Part shown: in pieces, positions 36,010-44,859 of the stretch
Layout of the letters: each line of letters opens with the position of its first letter
Numbering within the stretch: the stretch's first letter is position 1
Assembly: GCA_965214705.1 (NCBI GenBank)
Contig: CBDCCI010000002.1
Location: 2,304,001-2,368,000 of the forward strand
Direction: 5' to 3'
DNA from: Alphaproteobacteria bacterium
GTDB taxonomy: Bacteria; Pseudomonadota; Alphaproteobacteria; UBA828
DNA length: 64,000 nt
Program-made: the position numbers and the translations under genes
Notes under the pieces: model-generated
Told to the model about the DNA's origin: nothing
Seen by the model: only the letters and a program-made list of their open reading frames with translations
The model's database searches: none

Positions 36010-36906
36010 TCAATCGAACACAGGCGTGCCGTGGGCCCCTGAGTCCCTTAGCGCCCAGTAGAGCCGATCGAGCCGCTCGGTGACCGGGCCGGGGCAGGGC
36101 TGAGGCACCCGGCGGCCGGCGATCTCGCGCACCGCCAAGGCGCCACCGGCGGTGCTGCAGGTAAACACTTCGTCGGCGGCGTAGAGATCGAAAGCGGTGA
36201 GATCGCATTCCCTGAGCGGGAGCCCCGCGTCTCTGGCAAGCTCGATGAAGGTCTGGCGCGTGACACCGCGCAGCACATTGCGCCCCGGCGTGTGCACCAC
36301 CCCGTCCTTCACCGCGAAGATGTTCGACGCCGGTCCCTCGCAGGCATAGCCGGCCTGGTCGAGCCAGATCACGTCGTCGTAGCCGGCCTCCAGCGCTTCC
36401 AGCCGCGCCATCTGCGAGTGCAACCGGTCGAGGCACTTGTACCGGGCGTCGAGCGTGTCCGGTGAGAACGCCCGCAGATGGGTGATGTGAAGGCGAATCC
36501 CTGCGCGCCGCGTCTCCTCGTCGGCGAGGAAGATATAGGGCGCGGCCCAGACGATCCGCGTCGGCTCGAAGTCGCGCGGATCGGCGACCACGGCGTTGGG
36601 CGCGCCGCGCGTCACGATGAAGCGGATGCTGGCGTCGCGCAGCCCGTTGCGCCGGCAGGTCTGGACGATCGCCGCGCGCCAGTTGTCGCGGGTCATCGTG
36701 GTTTCCAGCCGCGTCGCGCGCAGCGAATCGAAGAATCGGTCGATATGCTCGTCGAGCTTGAAGATCGAGCCGCGCCAAGCCGAGACCACGTCGAAGACCC
36801 CGTCGCCGAGCAGGAACCCCTGGTCGAGCACGGAGATATTGGCCTCGCCGAGCGGCACGAAGTCGCCGTTCAGGTAGACGATGGGCTCGTTGGGCGTCTC
36901 GACCAT
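36010..36906 (-). CDS. PLP-dependent class IV aminotransferase
   Basis: YLNG, D.GFLLGDGVF, EGPASN, LRGVTR, ADEVF. Confidence 0.9.
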   Translation of the reverse strand: MVETPNEPIVYLNGDFVPLGEANISVLDQGFLLGDGVFDVVSAWRGSIFKLDEHIDRFFDSLRATRLETTMTRDNWRAAIVQTCRRNGLRDASIRFIVTRGAPNAVVADPRDFEPTRIVWAAPYIFLADEETRRAGIRLHITHLRAFSPDTLDARYKCLDRLHSQMARLEALEAGYDDVIWLDQAGYACEGPASNIFAVKDGVVHTPGRNVLRGVTRQTFIELARDAGLPLRECDLTAFDLYAADEVFTCSTAGGALAVREIAGRRVPQPCPGPVTERLDRLYWALRDSGAHGTPVFD

Positions 36907-36967
36907 TGCACGCATTCCGTGGTTGGTTAGAGGACGTTGTCGGCGATGACGATGCCGGCGCCGGCCG

Positions 36968-38032
36968 TCACTCGCGCCGCTCCTCGCCGGCGCGCCTGGC
37001 GGCCGGGCGGTCAAAGCCTCCCCGCAACGCGAGCACTTGCCGGCGCCCCCATTCCCACACCTGCTCCAGCCCGCCCGCGGCGCCTTGGGGTAGGAGCACG
37101 ACGATGGCGACGATCAGCGCGCCGTAGCCCATGTTCCTGATCTCGACGAAGTCCTTCATCCCCTCGTCCGCCAGCATTACCAGCGCGGCGCCCAGGATCG
37201 GCCCCCAGGCCCGCCCCAGCCCACCCACCACCATCATCGAGATCAGGAAGAGCAGCAGCGGCAGCGACAGGACGTTGGCGCCGATGACCCGGAAGTGCCC
37301 GGCGAAGACGCCGCCCGCGAGCCCGGTGAAGAAGGCCGACATGGCGAACACGAGCAGTTGGTACTTGAAGCGGTTGAGCCCGCGCGAGACGCCGTACTCC
37401 GGATTGTCGCGCAGCGCCCGAAAGGCGAAACCCAACGGGCTGCGGATGATGGCGAAGGAGAAGACCGTCGCCAGCACGAGCAGGAAGAGCGAGAGGTAGT
37501 AGTCGCCCTTCAGGTACTCGCGGCGGCCGAGCATCTCGCGGAAACCGAAGTCGCCGAACTTGGCGAGGCCCCGCGTACCGCCCGTGAAGTTTCGGCAGGT
37601 CACGCCCTCCATGTAGAAGCAGGCGGTGTCGGTGATGATGAGCAGGTACATCACCTGAGCGATGGCGAGAGTCAGCAGAGCGACGTAGGGCCCGCGCAGC
37701 CTGAGGCATGCGAGCCCGATGATGATGCTGAACAGGATCGACCCGACGCCGGCCAGCACCAGCGCGAACCAGAGCGAGATGCCGAGGTAGAGCCCCATCA
37801 TTCCGGTCGCGAAGCCGCCGAAGGCGAAGATCGCCATTTGCGCCAGCGAGAAAACGCCGGCGACGCCGAATACCAGGTTCCATTGGGAAACCACCGTCGC
37901 CCAGATGAAGAAGAGCGTGAGCTGGCCGATGAAATAACGCGACGGCCCGAGGAACGGGATCGCGATCATCACTGCGATCAGCACCACGCCGAAGGCGGCG
38001 TCCCGCCGCCAGTTGGGGCCCGTCTCGAACAT
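36968..38032 (-). CDS. branched-chain amino acid-type ABC permease (LivM-like)
   Basis: WNLVFG, RLRGPYVALLTLA, SPLG.AFRALRDN. Confidence 0.9.
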   Translation of the reverse strand: MFETGPNWRRDAAFGVVLIAVMIAIPFLGPSRYFIGQLTLFFIWATVVSQWNLVFGVAGVFSLAQMAIFAFGGFATGMMGLYLGISLWFALVLAGVGSILFSIIIGLACLRLRGPYVALLTLAIAQVMYLLIITDTACFYMEGVTCRNFTGGTRGLAKFGDFGFREMLGRREYLKGDYYLSLFLLVLATVFSFAIIRSPLGFAFRALRDNPEYGVSRGLNRFKYQLLVFAMSAFFTGLAGGVFAGHFRVIGANVLSLPLLLFLISMMVVGGLGRAWGPILGAALVMLADEGMKDFVEIRNMGYGALIVAIVVLLPQGAAGGLEQVWEWGRRQVLALRGGFDRPAARRAGEERRE

Positions 38033-38910
38033 CAGACGCGGCGCACCTGGCGGCGCCCGAACACACCGTAGGGCCGCCAAATCAGCGCGATGATGACCAG
38101 CAGCAGCAGCGCAGGAAACCCGAAGCGAACGCCGACGGCGAACTGCACCACGGACTCGAACAGGCCGAGGACGAAGGCGGCGATGAGCGCGCCGGGCACG
38201 TTACCGAGCCCCGCGATCACGCAGATGATGAAGGCCTTGAGCATGGGGTCGTAACCCATGGTCGGCGCGAGCGTGGTGATCGAGCTCAGCATGACGCCGG
38301 AGATTGCGGCCACGACGCCGGCGATCCCCATCACCTGGGCGAAGACCCGCCCGACATTGACCCCCATGAGCTGGGCGGCCTCGCGATTCAGGGCCGTCGC
38401 GCGGATGGCGCGGCCCATGCGGGTGCGCGAGAGCAGCGCCGCGACCAGCAGCATGGTGACGACCGCAAGCACCAGGATCACCACGTTCTGGAAGCGGATG
38501 AAGACGCCGGAAACGAAGAAGCCTTCCTCGATGGAGAAGGGCTGGAGAAACGGATAGGCGCCGTAGATCAGCAGCGTCACCTGTTCGAGGAAGATGGCGA
38601 GGCCGACGGTCGCGATGATGACGTTGGTCTCGAACGCCGGGTGCCGGTACATGAAGCGGAAGATGATGTGGTAGATCAGGAGTCCCACCACGAAGCTCAC
38701 GATCATCGCCGCCGGCAGACCGAGGTACCAGGGCAGGCCCAGGTGGATCACCGCCGAATAGGAGGCGTAGCCGCCGATGGTGAGCAGGGCGCCGTGCGCC
38801 ATGTTGAGCACGCCCATCGCGCCCCACACCAGCGAGAGCCCGATAGTGCTGGCGGCATACATGGCACCGAGCGTGAGCCCGCTGACCAGGATCTGGACGA
38901 ATGTTTCCAC
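38032..38910 (-). CDS. ABC permease (LivH-like)
   Basis: GLSLVWG..GVLNMAHG, TRMGRAIRA. Confidence 0.9.
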   Translation of the reverse strand: METFVQILVSGLTLGAMYAASTIGLSLVWGAMGVLNMAHGALLTIGGYASYSAVIHLGLPWYLGLPAAMIVSFVVGLLIYHIIFRFMYRHPAFETNVIIATVGLAIFLEQVTLLIYGAYPFLQPFSIEEGFFVSGVFIRFQNVVILVLAVVTMLLVAALLSRTRMGRAIRATALNREAAQLMGVNVGRVFAQVMGIAGVVAAISGVMLSSITTLAPTMGYDPMLKAFIICVIAGLGNVPGALIAAFVLGLFESVVQFAVGVRFGFPALLLLVIIALIWRPYGVFGRRQVRRV

Positions 38911-38919
38911 TGCGCCGCC

Positions 38920-39636
38920 TCAGGCTCCGAGATAGGTCTCGACGATCTCCTCATGGAGGTCGAGCTCACTGGCGGTGCCCTGCCAGACGAATTCGCCGTG
39001 GTCGAGCAGGTAGATGCGATCCGCGAGATCGGCGACGCGGCTCGCGTTCTCCTCCACCAGAAGGATCGTCCGGCCCGCTTCCTTGAGCGTCTGGATCAGG
39101 CCGTAGATGGTGTCGATCGCAATGGGGGCCAAGCCGAGCGAGGGCTCGTCGATCAGCAGAATGCGCCCGCCCGTCATCATCCCGCGCCCGATCGCCAGCA
39201 TCCGCCGCTCGCCGCCGGAGAGCGTGGACGCGACCTGGCTCTCCCGCTCCTCGAGCCTGGGCAGCAGCGCGTAGACCTCCTTGAGGTTCGCGTCGGCCTG
39301 GCGGAAGGGCACGGGCAAGTAGGCCCCCATCAGGAGATTGTCGCGCACCGTCATCTCCGAGAAGATCATGTCCCCCTGTGGGATGTGCACGATGCCGCGC
39401 GCCACGATCTGGTCCACCCGCGCGCGGCCGAGCGCCTTGCCGTCAAAGCGAATCTCTCCCGCCATCGGATGAATCAGGCCGGAGACGGCGCGCAGCAGCG
39501 TCGTCTTGCCGTGGCCGTTGGGCCCGATGATGGTGATGAGGCCGCCGTCGGGCACCCCGAACGAGATGTCGCGCAGCACGCGCTGGCCGTGATAGCCGGC
39601 GTCGAGCGAGTCGACCTCGAGCAACGGCTCGCTCAT
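38920..39636 (-). CDS. ABC ATPase (LivF-like)
   Basis: GPNGHGKT, LSGGE, DEPSLGLAP. Confidence 0.92.
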   Translation of the reverse strand: MSEPLLEVDSLDAGYHGQRVLRDISFGVPDGGLITIIGPNGHGKTTLLRAVSGLIHPMAGEIRFDGKALGRARVDQIVARGIVHIPQGDMIFSEMTVRDNLLMGAYLPVPFRQADANLKEVYALLPRLEERESQVASTLSGGERRMLAIGRGMMTGGRILLIDEPSLGLAPIAIDTIYGLIQTLKEAGRTILLVEENASRVADLADRIYLLDHGEFVWQGTASELDLHEEIVETYLGA

Positions 39637-39654
39637 GCTCCCCTCACGCGCCGC

Positions 39655-40479
39655 TCAGGGGGCGCCCGGCGCGCCCTCGTCGGGCGACGGCTGGTCTTCG
39701 AGCAGGTGCCGGAGCCGCCGCGACGAGCCCTCCCCCAGATAGACGTCGACCACGGTCTTGTCGTAGACGAGGCCGGAAGCCGAGCCTTCGAAGATCTTCT
39801 CGCCGTGGTGCATGATCAGCACCCGGTCCGAGAGCCGCACCAGGAAGCGCATGACGTGCTCGATGAGCATGATGGTGAGGCCGCGTTCCTTGAGCCGCCG
39901 GACGAGCGCCATCACGTCGTCGATTTCCTGCGGGTTGAGGCCGCCGACCGGCTCGTCCATCAGCAGCATCTTCGGCTGGGTCGCGAGCGCGCCTGCCACC
40001 ATCAGGAGCTTGCGGTGATAGACGGGAAGCGTCTGCGTCGCTTCGTGGGCGACCTCGTCGAGGCCGACGAACTCCATCGCCTCGTCGGCGAGTCTCTGGG
40101 TCTCCCGGTCGAAGCGCATCCCGGGGACCAGCCTGTTGTGCCGGCCGAAGTAAGCCGCGATGAGTGTGTTCTCGCGTGCAGAAAGCGTGTCGAAACCGGC
40201 GTTTAGCTGAAACGTGCGCGCCATGCCAAGCTGGCAGGTGCGGTCCGGTGTCGCACGCGTAATGGTCCTGCCGTCGAAGGTAATGCTGCCGGCGGTCGCC
40301 GGGTTCAGGCCCGAGATGACGTCGAACAGTGTCGTCTTGCCGGCACCGTTCGGCCCGCCGATCCCGAGCGCCTCGCCCGGGAAGACGTCGAAGGTCATAT
40401 CGCGAACGGCGGCCAGGGCGCCGAAATACTTGTCGACGCCCTGGCAGGAGAGCAGCGGCTCGGATGCCGTCCGCTCCAT
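39655..40479 (-). CDS. ABC ATPase (LivG-like)
   Basis: GPNGAGKT, ARTFQ, DEP, IEH, VYLG. Confidence 0.92.
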   Translation of the reverse strand: MERTASEPLLSCQGVDKYFGALAAVRDMTFDVFPGEALGIGGPNGAGKTTLFDVISGLNPATAGSITFDGRTITRATPDRTCQLGMARTFQLNAGFDTLSARENTLIAAYFGRHNRLVPGMRFDRETQRLADEAMEFVGLDEVAHEATQTLPVYHRKLLMVAGALATQPKMLLMDEPVGGLNPQEIDDVMALVRRLKERGLTIMLIEHVMRFLVRLSDRVLIMHHGEKIFEGSASGLVYDKTVVDVYLGEGSSRRLRHLLEDQPSPDEGAPGAP

Positions 40480-40487
40480 GACTGAAC

Positions 40488-41852
40488 TTAGCCGCTAATC
40501 CACGGCGGGATCTGGAACGCGGCCGTCTCGTACGGCTCCGGCGCGATCAGCTTGCCCTGCTCCAGGTGGTTCTGAACCTGGAGGAACTGATGCGGCATGC
40601 CGAGCGACGCATCGCGGGTCTCGGTCGGATAGGTCCGGGCCGCCTGGTAGGGCAGCACGAACGCCGTCGCTCCCTGCACGCCGCGATAGATGTTGCGGCG
40701 AATGCGATCGCACACCTTCTCGTTCTGCTCGAACTCACCGGGCGCCCCGGTGCCGCCGGCCATGGCCGACGCGATGGCCCAGTAGTGGCACGAGTCATAG
40801 GGCTGAGAGCCGGTGAGCGGGCTCGCGCTCTCACCGAACTTCGAGTTGAAGCGCTGGAAGTAGTCCTGGCCAATCTCGTCCTGCAGCGCGCCGACCACGG
40901 TGGCGAAGAGCACCCCGTTGGTGGCCTCCTTGCCGATCTCGCGGAAGGCCGCGAGCAGCGGGCCGTACTGCATGTAGACCAGGCTCGGCGTCGGGTTGGG
41001 CACGAACTGCATCATGAACTGGGCGAGATCCTGCGGCACCCAATGGGTGATCGCGATGGCCGCCGGTGGGTCGTTGCGGATCTTCTGCAGCGTCGGCCCC
41101 CATTCGGAGATCGGCACCACTACGGTCTCGTAAAGGCTGATCTCCCAGCCGTATTTCTCGGCCGAATCGCGCATCGCGTTGGCAATGACCACGCTGTAGT
41201 TCTGCGAGCCGGTAACGATGGCGACCTTCCTGTTGGGCGCCTCCCACTTGCCGGTGTCATTGAGGTCGCTGATGAACTTCATGAAGCCCTCGCCGTACCA
41301 GTACTCGGCGGGGTCGGCCATGAAGTTGCTGAAGTAGAGCTCGGGATCGTTGCCTACCGTCTCGTGATGCACGATGTCGGTGTTGTGGTGGATGTAGGGC
41401 ACCCCGGCATCGGCGATCGTGTCGTATTCCGCCGTGACGGCGCCAGTGTTGTAGCCGTTGATGATGGCGTGCACCTCGTGACGGTCGAGCAGGCGCTGCA
41501 TCGCCGGGATAATGTTGTCGGCGCCCTGCTCCTTGCTGTCTTCGAAGACAGGCGCGAGCGGCCGGCCCAGAATGCCGCCCATCATGTTGATCTCTTCGCA
41601 GGCGAGCTCGAGCCCGCTCTTGAACGAGAGACCGTCGGCAGCGGCCCAGCCCGTAAGCGGCACGCAGCCGCCGACCGGGATCGGCTCGCCTTCGGCGCGG
41701 ACGCCGTCGTTGATGTCGGCAAGCAGGCCGCTCGACATGGCGGCAGCGCCGAAACCGGCAAGCCCCGCGCCCTTCATGAAGTTACGCCTGCTCGCGATGA
41801 AGCGCTTGCGCGCTCCTTCCTCTCTGCGTGTTCCGCGGCGTCTGATGATCAT
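40488..41852 (-). CDS. ABC substrate-binding protein (LivJ/AmiC fold), Tat signal
   Basis: SRRNFMK; PLTG..A.DG; EIN..GGILGRP. Confidence 0.88.
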   Translation of the reverse strand: MIIRRRGTRREEGARKRFIASRRNFMKGAGLAGFGAAAMSSGLLADINDGVRAEGEPIPVGGCVPLTGWAAADGLSFKSGLELACEEINMMGGILGRPLAPVFEDSKEQGADNIIPAMQRLLDRHEVHAIINGYNTGAVTAEYDTIADAGVPYIHHNTDIVHHETVGNDPELYFSNFMADPAEYWYGEGFMKFISDLNDTGKWEAPNRKVAIVTGSQNYSVVIANAMRDSAEKYGWEISLYETVVVPISEWGPTLQKIRNDPPAAIAITHWVPQDLAQFMMQFVPNPTPSLVYMQYGPLLAAFREIGKEATNGVLFATVVGALQDEIGQDYFQRFNSKFGESASPLTGSQPYDSCHYWAIASAMAGGTGAPGEFEQNEKVCDRIRRNIYRGVQGATAFVLPYQAARTYPTETRDASLGMPHQFLQVQNHLEQGKLIAPEPYETAAFQIPPWISG

Positions 41853-42183
41853 GGTCGCTTTCCTCCCTCTATGCGCGCCGGCTTTCGGCCTCGGCGCAGG
41901 ACATCCGCTCTCGCGCGCGAGCGCTCTCTCGACAATCGAGAGCCTTTCGCCGCCGCGCGCTGTCGGCGGGAGTCTGCCCGGCTATGCAGCAGTTCGCAAT
42001 TGGGGAAGGCGTATTGTCATAACGGTTGGCGCGCCAGTTGTAACCGGCTGGGGCGGCGCCTACCTCTGCAGCAAGGGGAGGCGCGGAGGAACTCACTCCC
42101 CCGCGCGGTACGAAACAGGCGGAGTAGCGCGTCGCGTCCTCCCGCCTCTGAAGGAGAGTAAGCACATGAAATACCTCTTTGGG

Positions 42184-43685
42184 GAGCCACTTGCAAAATT
42201 CCGCATTTGAGCGGGATTTTGCCGCCGTGGCGGTCAGATTGTCCTGGAAATCGGGACCGCTCTCTGTTCCTGTCGGGTTTCGGACAACATCGACGGAGAG
42301 GGCGGCCCCATGTCGCTGGGACAGACACTATCCGGATTCTGGCATCACATTCAAGCGGATCTTTTCCCGTGGCTTGAGGAGGAGCTCGGGCCGCTCGGCG
42401 AGAGGTACCGGCGCTTCGTCACCGTGCTTGAGCTTGCGCGGGTCGAGAGCTTCCTTCCCCATTTCCATGGCCTGCCCGGTCGGCCGGTCGAGGATCGGGC
42501 GGCCTTGGCCCGCGCCTTCATCGCCAAGGCGGTGTTCGACGTACCCACGACGCGCGCCCTGATCGAGCGCCTTGAGAACGACAAGACGCTACGCCGTCTC
42601 TGCGGCTGGACCTATGCCGCAGAGATCCCGAGCGAGGCGACGTTTTCGCGGGCGTTTGCGGAGTTCTCCGAGAGTGCGTTGCCCGCTCGCGTGCATGAGG
42701 CGCTGATCAAGCAGACCCTCGGAGACCATCTGGTCGGGCACGTCTCGCGCGACTCGACGGCGATCGAGGCGCGCGAGAAGCCTCAGCCCAAGCCCAAGGC
42801 GGAGAAGCCGAAACGCAAGCGCGGCCGCCCGCGCAAGGGCGAGGAGCGGCCCAAGGAGGAGCGCCGCGTGAAACGCCAGCTCACGATGAGCTTGCCCCAG
42901 ATGCTCGACGACCTGCCGAAAGCCTGCGACGTCGGCACCAAGCGCAACGCCAGGGGCCATACCACATCGTGGATCGGTTACAAGCTGCACATCGACGCCG
43001 CCGATGGCGGCATTCCGATCAGTTGCATCCTGACGTCCGCCTCGCTGCACGACAGCCAGGCCGCGATCCCGCTGGCGAGTATGACCGCCGACCGCGTCAC
43101 CAATCTGTACGACCTCATGGACTCAGCCTATGACGCGCCCGAGATCGGCTGGCACAGCTACCTGCTGGGCCACGTCCCGATCATCGACGTCAACCCTCGC
43201 GACAAGGAGTACAAGGAGGAGCTGGCGCGCGAGGCCCGGGCGCAGAGAGGCGTCGGTCACCGCCACCCGGCGGACGAGCGCTACAACGAGCGCTCGAACA
43301 TCGAGCGCATCAACGGTGGGCTGAAGGACAACTGCGGGGGCCGCCATGTCCGCGTGCGCGGCCATGCCAAGGTTCATTGCCACCTGATGTTCGGCATCCT
43401 GGTGCTCACGGTCGACCAGCTGATGCGCCTCCTGGCCTGAGCGGCGCCTCCGTCGCTGTCACGCCGGCACGCCTCCCTCCGCGGAGGCGCAAAAAGCCAT
43501 GTCCGCATCGCGACGGCGGGTCCAAAATGCGCCCGCATGGGCATCGGTTTGCGGCGAATCGGCGCCCCGGCGGCAGCCAGCGACGTCCGCTCGTCCCGAA
43601 GTTCATGTTACGTTCCGACCGTCAATGTCCTCACGCCGGGCTCTCGGGAAAAGCAGACCGCGCCTGGGAGTTTTGCAAGTGGCTC
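42184..43685 (+). mobile_element. insertion sequence (IS5/IS1182/ISNCY-like DDE; family uncertain)
   Basis: 15-bp IRs GAGCCACTTGCAAAA/TTTTGCAAGTGGCTC; 4-bp target duplication TGGG (42180-83, 43686-89). Confidence 0.92.
42310..43440 (+). CDS. DDE transposase
   Basis: PSEATFSR, RDSTAI, GYKLH, MDSAYD, RSNIERING. Confidence 0.9.
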   Translation: MSLGQTLSGFWHHIQADLFPWLEEELGPLGERYRRFVTVLELARVESFLPHFHGLPGRPVEDRAALARAFIAKAVFDVPTTRALIERLENDKTLRRLCGWTYAAEIPSEATFSRAFAEFSESALPARVHEALIKQTLGDHLVGHVSRDSTAIEAREKPQPKPKAEKPKRKRGRPRKGEERPKEERRVKRQLTMSLPQMLDDLPKACDVGTKRNARGHTTSWIGYKLHIDAADGGIPISCILTSASLHDSQAAIPLASMTADRVTNLYDLMDSAYDAPEIGWHSYLLGHVPIIDVNPRDKEYKEELAREARAQRGVGHRHPADERYNERSNIERINGGLKDNCGGRHVRVRGHAKVHCHLMFGILVLTVDQLMRLLA

Positions 43686-44336
43686 TGGGTTGACGGCATT
43701 CGCTGCCGTCGTTGGCCTGACGACCGGCGTGAGCCTCGCGTCTTCGCATATGTCCTATGAGGTCACGGTTACGAACAACATGGAGGATGAGCTGCTCGCG
43801 CCAGTGCTGGTGGCGCCGGTTTCCGAAGACGGAAAGATCTTCGTCGAGCGTTACGTTTCGCCGGAAGCGGAGCACCAGATCCTGACCGGAGACCCCGGAA
43901 TGCTCGCGGAGGCCATCGGCGACGAGGCCGCAGTGGCCCACGGCATGGACGGCCCTCCCGGCGTTCTGCTCGCGCCGGGCAAGTCCATCACCTTCGAGGT
44001 GGCGAGCCACGCGGAAGAAGTCCGTGTCTTGGCGATGGTAGCACCCACCATGTACGAGGACCACTACGTGACGGCGGTCGTGCAGTTGAACGGCGAGCCC
44101 ATGTCCGTCGGCCTCGACCGCTTCGATATCGGCTACGATGAGGGCCGCAAGACCATCGAGCCCGTCGCCGCCGCGGTCGCGACCGTGCAGGTCAGCGTAA
44201 AGCAGGATTTCAGCGCGAAGCAGGATTACTGAACACGTGTTGCGTGCCGGCCGGTCGGGCAACCGATCGGCCAGCGTCGCATGTTCAGCGCGCCGTCGCT
44301 ATCGTCGGGTCAGACTAGAGGAGGCAGGAGCGGGGC

Positions 44337-44810
44337 ATGACCCGAGAACACAGCTACAGCACAACGGTGACCTGGACAGGAAACCTCGGTGAAGGCACGG
44401 CGGGCTACAAGGCGTACACACGCGACTACGACATCGCCTGCGCCGACAAGCCGACGATTGCGGGATCGGCGGACCCCGCCTATCGGGGCGATGCAAGCCG
44501 GCACAATCCGGAGGACCTGCTGGTGGCCGCGCTCTCCGCCTGCCACATGCTCTGGTACCTGCACCTCTGTTCGGCCGCCGGCGTCGTGGTGACCGCCTAC
44601 GAAGACTCGGCCGATGGCGTGATGCAGACCCATCCCCCCGGCGGCGAAGGCGAGTTCACACGGGTCACACTGAGGCCCAGCGTGACCATTACGCCCGAGA
44701 GCGATGCCGAGACCGCGGCACGTCTGCACGCGCAGGCCAACGCCAACTGCTTCGTCGCCCGCTCGGTCAACTTCCCGGTGGATCACCAAGCGACAATCGT
44801 GAAGGCTTAG
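44337..44810 (+). CDS. OsmC-family protein
   Basis: NPEDLLVAALSACHML, CFVARSV. Confidence 0.9.
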   Translation: MTREHSYSTTVTWTGNLGEGTAGYKAYTRDYDIACADKPTIAGSADPAYRGDASRHNPEDLLVAALSACHMLWYLHLCSAAGVVVTAYEDSADGVMQTHPPGGEGEFTRVTLRPSVTITPESDAETAARLHAQANANCFVARSVNFPVDHQATIVKA

Positions 44811-44859
44811 CGCGCGCAGCCGAGAACCTACGCGGGACGATCGTTGGCCGGGGCTGGGA

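Larger units (their letters stand above)
42166..44232 (+). pseudogene. secreted spondin_N-like protein interrupted in its signal peptide by an IS
   Basis: Removing 42184-43689 restores MKYLFGLTAFAAVVGLTTGVSLA-SSHMSYEVTVTNN...LAP...LLAPGKS...MVAPT. Confidence 0.75.

Noticed and set aside
42026-42042. Sigma-54 promoter TGGCGCGCCAGTTGT
   Set aside because: The conserved -12 GC is replaced by GT; too weak
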